The notes below the pieces were generated by a model. The model ran no database searches. It worked only from the letters and a program-made list of their open reading frames with translations, and had not been told where the DNA came from. The position numbers were made by a program, and so were the translations under genes. Below are positions 24,130-37,500 of a DNA stretch of 64,000 nucleotides, piece by piece. This DNA comes from Octopus sinensis. Lineage: Eukaryota. Each line of letters begins with the position of its first letter. Position 1 is the first letter of the stretch. The stretch covers positions 109,554,001-109,618,000 of the forward strand of contig NC_043001.1 in assembly GCF_006345805.1 (NCBI RefSeq). Reading direction: 5' to 3'.

Positions 24130-25119
24130 AATATATAATATGCATATATATATATGCATATATTATATATATAAGGAAAATAGGAAGATGATTAATTAAA
24201 ATTATGTTATGAAATATTTTGATGATAAATGGACGTTGATAAAAATTATTTGGAAATTGTTATTAAGTTACTTGCAGAAATGAACATATAATTATGCTCG
24301 TTGATTAAGACCCTGTATATTCATGAAATCATACATACACACATGCAGACCCTCTTGCAAACAAGCACACACTCACAAGCACACACACATACATGTACGT
24401 GCATCATTTTATTTACTTTACTAAGTACTTTACTAAAATATACATTACAGGTTCATATATCTCTCAAACGTATCGGAACTGATCATAAGTTTATAAACAA
24501 ATGACATTCACCGGTGCACATGCACACACACATACAGACATATGTGCGCGCGTGTATACAAACTTGAGATCAATTCCAATACGTTCGAGTTATGAATCTG
24601 TAAAGGCTTTTCACTGCAGTTTGTCGTGAACAAAAAATGTATATCATAAACCTCACTGCTTCGTGAGTCTACCCACGAAAAACTTACGTAGGTTATTTCA
24701 AAATCGCCATTCTAAAATATTACAAAAGTAAAAAATAACAAAAAAAACATGGATGCCATACATGTAAAATGAAGAAACATTTTCAAGATTGCTTGATTAC
24801 GGAGAAGAATGAATATCCTCTCTGCTCTAATTCTTGGATTATATGTATACGGAATATGTAACATTCTTTAGATAACACACAAACACATTAATTACATATT
24901 TTTCTACACACATCCGTTGAGTGAAAAGCATTTTTAGAGGGGCTGCGTTACCTTACATAGGCCATCGAGGTAGAACGCGAAAGCATTGACTCTTACACAC
25001 ATATATCGAAGCCTGACAGTCTAGAAAGTTTGAAGTCACAGGCCTTCAGGCCTTTCAAAAAATTTTGTCTTCGCATCATACAGATCATTCCTATGATCTC
25101 CATTATGTTTTGTTTGATA

Positions 25120-25660
25120 TATATTTCTTTATTGCCCACAAGGGTCCAAACATAGAGGGAACAAACAAGGGCAAACGGATTAAGTCGATTATATCGACTC
25201 CAGTGCGTAACTGGTACTTATTTAATCGACTCCGAAAGAAAGAAAGGCAAAGTCGACCTCGGCGGAATTTGAACTCAGAACGTAACGGCAGTCGAAATAC
25301 CGCTCAGCATTTCGCCCAGCGCGCTAACGGTTCTGCCAGCTCGCCGCCTTTCTTTTAAGGATGAAAGGCAAAGCCGACCTCGACGGAATTTGAACTCACA
25401 ACGTAAAGACAGACGAAATACCTATTTCTTAACTACCCACAAGGGGCTAAACACAAAGAGGACAAACAAGGACAGACACATGGATTAAGTCGATTATATC
25501 GACCCAGTGCGTAACTGGTACTTAATTTAACGACCCCCAAAGGATGAAAGGCAAAGTCGACTTCGATGGAATTTGAACTCAGAACGTAACGACAGACGAA
25601 ATACCGCTAAGCATTTCGCCCGTCGTGCTAACGTGTCTGTCAGCTCAGCTCGCCGCCTAA
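25120..25660 (-). mobile_element. Three-unit tandem SINE cluster
   Basis: Three GGATGAAAGGCAAAG(T/C)CGAC...GGAATTTGAACTCA units. Confidence 0.85.
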
Positions 25661-26150
25661 TGTTTTGTATTATATAAAAGACGTTGATGACATATTGTAG
25701 ATGTTATAACATATCTTATTGTATGTGGGATTCTTTGTTTTGTCCAATCTTATGAGAGAACTTCTCACCCTTCTTCTATATCAATATGAGATTATGATCT
25801 GAGATGTTACTTTCTTCTAGTGCCACTGCAATCTTTCCATCTTGAAGGCTGAATGTTTCATCTTTCACATAAAAAACATGAAGGTTTTCGCTCATTAGTG
25901 AACGAAGCAATAAAACCAAATTTTAATTAGCTAAGCTTTAATATGCCGTATTTTCCCTTCTTAGCAACGTGGACGCAGCCGCCGTGAAATTAATGAACTT
26001 TAATATGAATCCGAAATTTATCAAATAAATAGAAAAACACATAAAAACGTGTTTTTATGGTCCTTGTAATTGGCTTAAAATATAGAAAAAATACATTCCA
26101 ATATGACAAAAATTTAAATGTTTTCTTTTATATTCATCTCCTTTATTTAT

Positions 26151-26955
26151 TACTAGCAGCATAGCCCGGCGTTGCCCGGGCATGTAAGAGCCCCTAGTAG
26201 GCAACGACTAATCCCAATCTAGTCCTTTCCCTCTAGGGAACGAAGGCGCATGTGTAGGTTGCAATGTCTTCTCTTCACTCCCAAATAGCTATCAAACAGC
26301 TATCGATAATTCAACCCAACCAATTCCTACCAGGAAGAAATTACATTCGAGACTTTACCCCCAACACCGCCACTTCTGCTAATAGCTGCTGCAGCCGCAA
26401 GTTATTCGAATACTTTTTTTGTTTACACTTTCTTTATAACTACCACCCCAAACGTTTTACCTTAAATTTTTGACGTACCCTAAGGGTCCTCGGACGCTAC
26501 TTGCAAACTCTTGGTTTATTATAAACCGCTTTTATCGTGTGCATCAAAAAACCTTTTCCATTCGTTTGTTCAGTCACTTTTATATTTTTCGTTGTTGTCA
26601 CTCACATTGCTGCCCACTTTTTTGCCGTTTTTGTACATTTTTATACATTTTGGGATACTTACCCCACGTGTTCCGAGAGTTAAAAAGGTCGAGTTGCGTC
26701 CCCTAGACAGTCTGTAGAAAATGTGTTGCATATAAAAAGCTTGGATTCTCGACTCATGTCGAATTTATCGATTTTTTTTCAGAACTGGGGGAACTTTTCA
26801 AAATTTTCGCTGCGTTAGTTTTGAATTATGACATTGGGCTACGTGTGTGTCAAGTTTCATCAGAATCGGTTGAAAGCCATGGTCAGGGTGAGGGTACAAC
26901 CTGACAGACACACAGACACACAGACAGACAAACTGCCGTTTATATATAGAGAGAT
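26151..26955 (+). mobile_element. Helentron-associated/DINE-1-like non-autonomous element
   Basis: 5' TACTAGCAGCATAGCCCGGCGTTGCCCGGG hairpin; 3' AAGTTTCATCAGAATCGG...(ACAG)n...TTTATATATAGAGAGAT in T-rich flanks. Confidence 0.7.
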
Positions 26956-27519
26956 TTTTTGTTTTTCAAGATGCCGATTTTCACAGAAAAACATAATAAA
27001 CTTTCATTCCACTGGTAATGTCCGAGATCTGATATCTGTAATTTGAGTAACTTTGTTATTCTAATATATCTGAATGACAACAGGATATATTACGATGGTC
27101 AAGTGTTACTTTATGCCGTTGCAATGTGATTAGCCAGTTCGGTTCCTATTTTCACCCTATTTGAATGGATGTGAGAACGGGGCAGGTAAGACGTGTTATG
27201 CTTTATGTCTTCAGAAAAGACAACATCAGAAATATTCATAGTTTTAATGGAAAAAACTTTCTTAAATGAAAGAACCAGTCGATGATATTGAGAAACTTGT
27301 AAGCGGCTAAGTTGAGTCTAAAAGAGAGTTACAAATATGTTGTCCGGTTCAGTTTAAAGAAGTCTTGCATAGATCCGAATTTTATCGAATTTTATCGGTT
27401 GAAAACGTATTCTAATTCTAGAAGTTGAATTCAAGCCGTCCAACAGCTCAGTCGCAATTGCAATGGCTGCCCAATCATGGGTAATGTGTTCTTCATTCCT
27501 TGACAGAAAAGGAAACCTG

Positions 27520-27740
27520 TGAAGGTGGCGAGCTGGTAGAAACGTTAGCATGCTGGGCGGCGAGTTGGCAGAAACTCTGAGTTCGAATTCCACCGAGGTC
27601 GGCTTTGCCTTTCATCCTTTCGGGGTCGATAAATTAAGTACCAGTTACGCATGGGGTCGATGTAATCGACTTAATCTCTTTGTCTGTCCTTGTTTGTCCC
27701 TTCTATGTTTAGCCCCTTGTGGGCAATAAAGAAATAAGAA
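27520..27740 (+). mobile_element. tRNA-derived SINE with duplicated head
   Basis: GGCGAGCTGGTAGAAAC...GGCGAGTTGGCAGAAAC...GCCTTTCATCCTTTCGGGGTCGATAAATTAAGTACCAG...AATAAAGAAATAAGAAA. Confidence 0.85.
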
Positions 27741-28507
27741 AAGGAAACATGTGTCTTGCACAGTCTGTTAACAAATGCTTTCAGCGCAGGATTACGAATA
27801 ATGTCATTGGAAGAATCCTTTATCTTCTCCACATCAGCCTCTGGTGCACCTTTAAAGAGGTCATCTTCTAATTATCTGATAAACTCTTGCTTTATACATC
27901 TGGCGTGTCAGAATGACATCAATGCACTACTTGGCGAGTAGTTTCATAGGGTGCAACATCCTTGCAGTAAACCAAAGATTGGTCCGGGCTGCAGTCGAGA
28001 ACTATGAAGGATCAAAGCATAGAAAACATTCTTCAACTGACATCATCATCACGTGAATATCAAGTCTACATCATCCCGGTGATTGGAGTAAAAATGATAC
28101 CTTGGCAGAGGTTTGTTTTGAGAGTAAGTATTGGCGAAACACAGTCTAAGTGTGAATATTGCCGGAAAGCAGTAAAAAACTGATGTCAACCTTAGCCTTC
28201 TTATAGATGAATAACCGTGGAAGGCAGACAAATTTTATGTACTAATTTAGTTCAAGTGTCAATATTAATAGTCCTGCGGATCTCTGAACTTAAGTGGCTT
28301 TTTGAGAGGCTTGTCACGAAAATGATTTCTTACTATTGCGAGATAATCACCTCACCAATCGTCGGTTTGAGTATCGTGAACCTGTATACATACATATATT
28401 CATGCATACCTACATACATACATATGCATGCCTTGATATGCGGCTCTATACATGAGAATATATACATAAAACATACAAATCTGCACATACATACATTCAT
28501 TCATACA

Positions 28508-28540
<33 letters not shown>

Positions 28541-28614
28541 GCATACATACACGCATACATGCATGCATACATGTATACATGTATACATACATACAAACAA
28601 AATTATCCTGTTAT

Positions 28615-28710
28615 TGATGTTGGAATTCCAATGAAGGAGCCTTGGATCTAGGTTAGAAACCGGTTCTTTCTCTATTGGCAAGAAATCTTGAAATAAACTG
28701 AATAATGACA
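28615..28710 (+). mobile_element. PLE-like terminus with degenerate hammerhead motif
   Basis: CCAATGA-A-GGAGCCT-TGGATCT-AGGTTA-GAA-ACCGGT-T; the core is one CpG-type change from CCGATGA and stem III is palindromic. Confidence 0.4.
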
Positions 28711-29164
28711 TACATACATAAACACATATATACACGCACATATATATAATCGGTTTCATTTACACAAGAATACTGAAGGGCGTGTGTGTGTTTGAAAGGT
28801 AAGTGTAAAGGATTTTCGTATAGAAAAATCCCATTTAGTGAGGTGTTCTACTAATAAAAACGACACGGTATGCATCAGAATTAAGCGAAACGTAATCACC
28901 TCAGAAGCAACTGCGAGGGCGATAGATACGTACTTCAGTGTGGGTGAGACTTGTCAGTGTTACAGAAAACGTATTTGTTTCTCTCACGGTTACTCTTTGT
29001 GAGTGATTTTGTTTGTATATTGTCCTTTTACGTAAGACGTCTATACAGAGACATCTATCCGATAAATAAACTGAAGCATCTAGCTTCTAACCACGCACCT
29101 CAGGTCTCTTGGATGCATAAATACTTTACTACAGACATACTTATATTTCATTATTTGAATTTCC

Positions 29165-29200
29165 TTTATATATATATATATATATACATACATACATACA

Positions 29201-29286
<86 letters not shown>

Positions 29287-29341
29287 TATATATATACACA
29301 TACATATATATATATACATATATATAAACATATATATATAT

Positions 29342-29423
<82 letters not shown>

Positions 29424-29584
29424 CATATTGTTATATTTCGGAATTGTCATATTGCCAGTTTAGCCAATAAAATATGACCATTCCGAAATATAACAATATC
29501 TGTTTCAACACACGACTTCACATAAAAAATCTTGCACAACAAATATTTAAACGTATACATACATATTTATATTTATATATATAC

Positions 29585-29627
<43 letters not shown>

Positions 29628-29720
29628 TACATATATGTATATATGTACGTGTGTGTATATATATATATATATATACATACATATATATATATATACATAC
29701 ATACATGTATACATACACAC
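29165..29720. repeat. (TA)n/(TACA)n tracts flanking a short inverted repeat
   Basis: ATATTGTTATATTTCGGAATTGTCATAT (~29425-29452) pairs with ATATGACCATTCCGAAATATAACAATAT (~29472-29499). Confidence 0.8.
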
Positions 29721-30217
29721 ATAGACCCACGCACACATATCTGAGCACGGGCACAAGCATTCACAAACGTATATGCCGGCATATATATGGCAAAAGTGAG
29801 GGAGAGAGTGAGAGAGAAAGAGAAAGACCTTTTAATCGTTAATTATACTTATGTAAATATGAACAGAGGACGCCTGACAAAATCTTCCATTATGTATCGT
29901 ATATACTTTATCCCTTTAACGGACGTAACTATTGAATCTAACAGCTGCAGTGCGACTTCATAATATCAAACAAAATAGTTTGACAAATAATTTCTCGATC
30001 ACTATAGAAACCGTGGATGGTGAGAACATTTCATTCGGCTTAGATATATCTGAGGAATATTATCTGACGGAGAAATTATTTGTACGTTTTAGACCTAATC
30101 GGAACAGTGCTGCCCTCATATATTTATATTCATAAGTATTAATTTATCTATAATAATCTATCAATCACTTTCTGTCTGTCTGCCTTTATATATGTGTCCA
30201 TGTGTGTGTATATGCAC

Positions 30218-30256
<39 letters not shown>

Positions 30257-30362
30257 TTAATTAACAATTGAGGATAAAATCTTTAAAAGAAATTATCACT
30301 AGTCAGCGTGAAAAACCTCGTAAGAGAAAAAATCCGTAAATTCTTCCTCTTTGAAAATATTC

Positions 30363-30449
30363 ATTTATATTATATTGAGGGTACTACTATTCGTAGATAC
30401 CAACACGCTAAGCGTGTTGGTATCTACGAATAGTAGTACCCTCAATATA

Positions 30450-30457
<8 letters not shown>
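30363..30457. repeat. Perfect palindrome, 47-bp arms with a 1-nt centre
   Basis: ATTTATATTATATTGAGGGTACTACTATTCGTAGATACCAACACGCT-A-AGCGTGTTGGTATCTACGAATAGTAGTACCCTCAATATAATATAAAT. Confidence 0.95.
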
Positions 30458-30529
<72 letters not shown>

Positions 30530-30755
30530 TCAATAATAAAGGGTGAAATTAATTAATTTAGAAATAATCATTAATTTCACCAAGTAGATTTCGGCATGTA
30601 AAAGACCCATTCAAGGAAGGTTTAAGTAATACTAATTAATTAAGGGTTCAGCAACGATTTGCCTCACCACACACCGAATTTAGAAATAGCAGTCAAAAAG
30701 TTTTGGCTATTCTTTCTACTTAAAAGTAAATCGTTGCTGAACCCTTAATTAATTA

Positions 30756-30760
<5 letters not shown>
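30530..30760. mobile_element. PLE-like terminus (same family as 9760-10380) with a 32-bp perfect inverted repeat
   Basis: 30629-30660 is the reverse complement of 30728-30759; the element is homologous to 9760-9950 and lies between TA tracts. Confidence 0.8.
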
Positions 30761-30831
<71 letters not shown>

Positions 30832-31957
30832 ATGTACAAAATTAAGAGGAATGACCACTAGAGTGGACACCTAATATGCTAAACATAGACGTCAAATCGC
30901 CATTCTTGAGAAGGATGTCTTCTCAAGAAAAATCTCAGCAAAACGCCAAAATATAAAAATGAAAAAGACAAATGAAAATATACGAAATAAAAGACGTTTA
31001 CCTACGTACCAATGGTTTTAATTAATATCAATTTCTACCCTTATTATATAATTTTATATATACTTATGTATATGTGTGTGAGTGTGTGTGTGTATGCATG
31101 TGTGTGTGTTTATACACACACATACATACATACACATATAGGTATATGTATATACACACACGAGCATAACATGTACGTGTTTATCCGTCTTTACGTGTGC
31201 ATGCATGCGTGATATTTTGTGCTGGCAAAAGGCCTTTCCTTAACTCACAATGAATTGGCGTTTATGCAAGAAAGGATTTCTTTGTATAAAGCACCGGACA
31301 TAAACGAAAGCAGTCACTGTATCGATTATTTTTCTAATAGAGTACTTTCGGGCTGTACCCCCGGAGGACGGATATGGAACAACTGAAAAAGACCAATAAA
31401 ATAAGATAATGTGATAATGCGTATACACAAACACAGACACACACATGGGTATCTGTGTGTGTGATTTTAATTTATCAAAACTCAAACTGAGGCTTTGCGT
31501 GACGCCTCGAGTTTCATGCAAGTGCGATCATGAGGCGAAACTAGCATGGCTTGGTATAGGTAGAGCATATATATATTCGTTGGTTTTAGCGGTTTAGTCG
31601 TTAGAGTATTCGACTCCTAAATAAATAATACGTCTGACACGGGATATATTAGATCCAGAAAATAGCAAGTCGACTGACCACACTCAGCTACCCACCATTT
31701 CATACAAACAGAGAAATACAAAATGCCGCACTTTGTCCATTAAGTCCCACTGTCCTATAAACAGGGCACTAAATGAAAAGATTAAATAAGCTATATCACA
31801 TCGTATATTTCCATCTCTACTTGAAGTAAGGAGTTTTAATAGCTGATTGTTTTTTCATTTTAATTTATTTTAAATCGTCTGTGAACATTTAAAGGTAATA
31901 TTCAAACATTTGAGTACTTAAAAGCGCGCCCTAACCACTGGGTCATTGCGCCTCCAC

Positions 31958-32014
<57 letters not shown>

Positions 32015-32537
32015 AGTGTGTGTGTGTGTATGTGTGTGTGTGTGTGTGAGTGTTTTTTATGTGGTACTGCATTTTACTATGTGTTTGGCTTATTTTTGCC
32101 TCTCTTTGGTTGTGTAACTGTTTCATAAAATCGTCAGCTCACCCACTTGACGTTAAGCAAAGTAATAACCTAACGATATTTACAATACAGCAAATAATAT
32201 TTGCATTGCTCCCGCTTGTCAATATATCTTGCTTTTATAAAAGAACAACAGCAATTAGATACGCTACTCCTTACAGTTATCTAAATGTTTATTCAATAGC
32301 CACCATGAATAATTTACTTATTATCATCTCATTGGTCCGCTTTATATTGCTAATCTATTACTGTTAGCAAGAAGTGCGCTCGTACAAAGCAGGATTATGT
32401 ACGTATATTCTATAAAATAAATTTTAGTTTCGCATCTAAGTGTCAATTAACATTTCAAGTGGTATATATATGTTAGGTGGTGTTTCAAGGGAATTAGTAA
32501 AAGTTGTTTGCATTTCTTAAACGATTAAGAATTTGTC

Positions 32538-32573
<36 letters not shown>

Positions 32574-33562
32574 TACTGTAGTTTAATTTAAAACGTTGCG
32601 CAACACGCAAGATGGAACGACATTGATTTGATGTAAGCCCGATGCTGTAAATTCAATCAGTATTAATATGAGAATAGAGAGCCAAACTCTGTTGTGCTTT
32701 GTTGAATATGGGGTCAGAGACACGGAGTCATCCCAGAGCAAATGGTATTATATTTTGATAGTTGTAGGGTGTTACGCTTTCTGGTTCTTTGGATAAAGGT
32801 TTCAGAAATAACCCAATAAGTTTACCATTAATTCCGTGAACAATTCACGGGTCCTGCTAGTATCAATGATTGTTGCACGCCATAGCTTTACTCTATTTCA
32901 TAATCACAAAATTTAATAAATCTAACTATAGTATATATCAAATATAGAGGCATTGTATGAATGTGGAAGATTAATATGCAAGATGGGTTACAACTGTGTG
33001 CGTTATATACAAGACACATTTAAATATGTTGTAATGAAATACTGACAGTGATAAAGTATGGGTATTGATTTTATTACTAGTATTAATACAATCCTTAAAA
33101 TTAGTTGCCTGTAATATTATCGACAGCTTTATTATTCTGTAAATGTTCCAGAATGAAAACTAAATAATTTATGATGCATAGATAACTGATTTACAATATA
33201 GAAAATTACAGATATGAATATTTGAATATATGAGTATATGATAGGGTTTAATTTATATGAGATACAAGATTAGGGCAATAATTAATATTTCGATTATAAC
33301 TTGTATATCATATAATGCACAGAGATTATCTAAAATATAAACATTAGTTTTAAGTATATATTAAATTTTATAAGTTAGTAGTTACAGCGGAAATGAGCTA
33401 TACATCCATAATCAGCGTGTACATACACACATACATACTTAGGCACACACACATATACATATATATACACATATGTTTATGCATATATATGTATACATAT
33501 AAGAATTTTTGCGTAATGAGATAAAAAACCAAGGCTGTGTAGATAGAACATTTATAGATAGA

Positions 33563-33618
33563 CGGTCTTACAGCTGTTTCCAGGATATTTATTAATTATA
33601 TCCCTTCATCGGAGACGG
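33563..33618 (-). ncRNA. Minimal type I hammerhead ribozyme motif (PLE type)
   Basis: Minus strand reads GTCT-CCGATGA-A-GGGATAT-AATTAATAA-ATATCCT-G-GAA-ACAGCTGT-A-AGAC: stem I GTCT/AGAC, ~7-bp stem II, palindromic stem III ACAGCTGT and a GUA site. Confidence 0.65.
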
Positions 33619-34319
33619 TATATATATGTATACATATATACAGATGTCTGTTTATATATATACACACATATGTAATGAAGTGGTTTGTAGCTTCTTTCTG
33701 ACTCAATGAAATGCTCCTGAAAAATCTAATCCTAATTTGCGATGAGCTGCTAGAATTTAAATCATTGATCTTTCACTTTGACATAATGAAACAAAATTGG
33801 ATGATAACACTTTTCATTGAATTTGACCCCGGCATTTATCTAGAGTATGTAGTACCATCAGGTACTACCATCATGCACAATATGTACTGCTGAAAGCAGA
33901 TGTAGACGATTAACATTGCTCTCAATAAACAAAATTATGCTATTTGATTATCTGTGGTAGTCTTTAAGTCTAGAAACCTCGGGAAGAATTTATCTCAGAG
34001 TGCATCAAGTAATTTCACAAGGCATCTCATCCGATGTTCTAAAAATTCCAACATCCACCCTCTTCGATTTGTAATTTATTTATCGACCGCAAAATAATAC
34101 ATTGACAAAATTTGAAACCAGAGAAGATGAGTGGAAAATAAATACTGCAAGCAATTCTGTTCCCCAAACAAAACTGATTATTCACCACTTTTGATCCTCA
34201 TTAAGAAAGGTAAAGCAATGGCGAGCCTAGCAAAGTTCAAATAATGTCTGGACTTTTTATATATCTAATGCATTTTGATATTTTTTAACACTGCGCAAGA
34301 ATCGGGGCAGTTTTTACTT

Positions 34320-34460
34320 TCGAAAATGGTATTTCGTCTGTCTTTACCTTCTGAGTTTAATTTCCGCCGAGGTCAACTTTGCCTTTCACCTTTCGGGTTC
34401 GATAAATTAAGTACCAGTTGCATACTTGGGTCGATCTAATTGACCGGCCTGTCCCCCTGT
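34320..34460 (+). mobile_element. tRNA-derived SINE fragment
   Basis: GGTATTTCGTCTGTCTTTAC...GCCTTTCACCTTTCGGGTTCGATAAATTAAGTACCAG. Confidence 0.8.
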
Positions 34461-34514
34461 TCTGAAATCTGTCATAGCCTTAGATTTTTTTAAATCTCAT
34501 TCTGTATATATATA

Positions 34515-34690
34515 TATATGACGGGCTTCTTTCAATTTCTGTCTCCCACAAACACTCATATGGCTTTTGGCCAGCTCGAGGCTACAGTAGAAGACACTTG
34601 CCCAAGTTGCTACGCAGTGGGACTGAATCCGGAACTATGTGGCTGGTAAGCAAGCTACTCACCACACAGCAATTCCAGCACCTTATATTG
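34515..34690 (-). mobile_element. CORE-type SINE
   Basis: Homologous to 16470-16650. Confidence 0.75.
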
Positions 34691-36399
34691 TAAAGAATTA
34701 AAATCATATAGAAATAAGTAAGGCTACCGTTCAGAGATTTTCTTTTGTGTTCACTTTGTTAATAACGATACTTGGATAAAATGTAAATGGCTTTCAAAAA
34801 GACGGGTTTTATTTGGAGGATAAGAGATTACATTGACTCAATTAATAATTCAAATTTTAGACGGAGGAAGTTCGAAGAAGCTGAAGCGGGGGTTTCCCAG
34901 CAGCTTCTCTCAGAAGGTTTCTGAAAGTGGATGGTGTATCTGCTGCAAGGTGGATCATCAAGAAATGTGGGGAGAAAGCATTTCAGGGTAGTGCTTGGAT
35001 TACCAGGAGGTTTGTGAAAGCGTATAAGACCACAGAACTGGCATGAGTCTGGTAGCAACGCAATACGTCCAGCTGTTGCGGGTCCATCGTGTGGAGAGAT
35101 ACTGAGCATAATGGGCCGAAATCTCGGCGAAGCACGGAACTCAGCTGATGATTGCAGCCGGACAAGAAATGGAGCACTCGGTATTTTTCTTCTATTGCTT
35201 CGCTGTTATTTGAACTCAAAATATAAAAAGTTAAACGCATTCATGATAAGATGTTTCAGTCACATTCCTAATACTTTTTAAAAACACACCACTTTTTCTT
35301 TGCGTAGGAAAATAATAATTAATGCAATGGCATTAAAAATACAAGACATCAAATTATCGAGAGCCAAATGTCGAGAATTATAATCCGCGTCAATTTATGA
35401 ACGTATTATGCACAATTTCAAATCTGTTTGGGCAGTGGTCATAATTAGAATGGCAATTGTTTGTAGTGGAAAGAAAGAGAAAACAAACCAGGAATTACAT
35501 AAAATCCTCATTTACCTTCAGTACGCTACTTAAACGCCATTAAATATGACCCATTATCCTGAATTATTATCACGCTTATAAAGATCAAGACGCTCTTTGA
35601 AAAATGTTATTGTGAAAACAATTTCCTGACAGTTATGATAATTACAACAAAGTTTAATTATGGACTTAAATGGCCAAAGTAGCTTAGGTTAGAAAGTTTA
35701 CCCTTCAATGCCAGAGAATAAACGATTTTCATAGTATTACCGTTATGAGTGTGTGCATGATTACGCAGTGTAATCATTAAATAGAGTTTGATTCAGAAAA
35801 AAGTTTGTTTTTAAATCACTAAAAAGATACATTCTTTCTGTTCACTCAAGTATAGAAGTTCAAAATCAATCGCTGGTTAATATTGTTGATGTTGTCCTGA
35901 GCCGTAAGTAACTCTGAATGATATCTTAGATCCAGAAGTACATTTTCCAAATCGTTCTTCCGATTGGACTTAAAGAAAAAACTGTTTGCTTCTGATAAAC
36001 ATTTGATATTAATTCTAGAATTTTATGATTATTTTTGAATAAATTTCTAAGTCACTGTCTAGTAGTTTGAAGCATGCATGCTAATTGTTTCACTGTTATT
36101 GCTTACAGTTTATCTTGATGGTCAAATTGAAGATGGAAGGAAAGGTAATTCGAATGATGTCGTGTATTTGTTATATGAGTCAAAAATTTGGGAAAAGGGC
36201 ACACCATAATTTGTTTCCAAAAAATGGGAAATAGTGCCCCGATGTTGAGACAGGTCTTGCACTGCCTTCAGTTATAGAGTCAAAATCGAGGGTGATTATT
36301 GATGTGGGGCGATGCAAAAGAACTAGAAGGATTACAGGAATAAATATTGACCCTTCAACAACTGTTTGAAATTTGCAGCGGAGCATCGGGTATAGAAGC

Positions 36400-36910
36400 T
36401 AGAAAGTGGACGCTGAATCAGGGAAGAAAGCGTTAAGGAATGGTATAAAATGTCTGCTCTGCACTGATTTTGTGCAACTGAGACAGACCATGTCTTGATT
36501 TCAGTGGATGAAATAAGGTGGAGTCTTTCGATCAGTGACTGCAAGAAGCAGAACATTGCACTGGATAGCAACACCATCTATCAGAAGGCCAGGCCTCGAT
36601 CAATAACCTGGTCGATGCCCACTCAGATCTGTTGACGGATGAAAATCTTACAGAGATGACGAAATCAGCAAGTAAGGAAGAAGACAAACAAGAGGGGAAG
36701 AAAAAGAAGTCAGCCTATCACTAGAATGCCTCTCAACTTTAACAAAAACGGCAAAAGAACGTCAGAGAAAGGCGGAAGATTGGGACCGCCAGAGGATTGC
36801 AGTTCAGAAATGCAATCGACAGAGCCATGGAAGTTTATGAAAACCTCCTCTAAGAGAGTTAGAAAACAGACAAAGTCCATGCTGTATTTACTTCAGCTAA
36901 AAAGCTAATA
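36400..36910 (+). pseudogene. Tigger/pogo transposase remnant, internally deleted
   Basis: CENP-B-like ISDCKKQNIALDSNTIYQKA followed directly by a Tigger C-terminal-like DAHSDLLTDENLTEMTK...LECLSTLTKTAKERQRKAEDWD...NAIDRAMEVYENLL. Confidence 0.6.
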
Positions 36911-37177
36911 AGACTTCAGGAAAAAAATCTTGTTAGGGGTTGGTTTTAATTCATAGTCTTGTTTATCAAATATTTGTATATCAAAATCTAAGACCAAAGA
37001 GCATTGTCTGTTAAGAAAGGGCCCGAGGGATTTGACACAATCATAGTGGGTATAGTCAGGAAACTTGTCAAGATTAGTTTGAAGTAGTAATAAAATAACT
37101 GTCTATAATGAGGTTTGGTAAAGGAAGATTTAAATCAAGAAGCTAGTTATCAGTTAAAGGGGCAATACTAATAAAAC

Positions 37178-37500
<323 letters not shown>

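Noticed and set aside
25120-25660. Tandem repeated units as a CRISPR array
   Set aside because: Eukaryotic context, units are over 100-bp SINE bodies with no repeat-spacer periodicity, and no cas genes are present.
36180-36400. Possible LINE RT fragment upstream of the Tigger remnant
   Set aside because: No diagnostic motif could be read in any frame.
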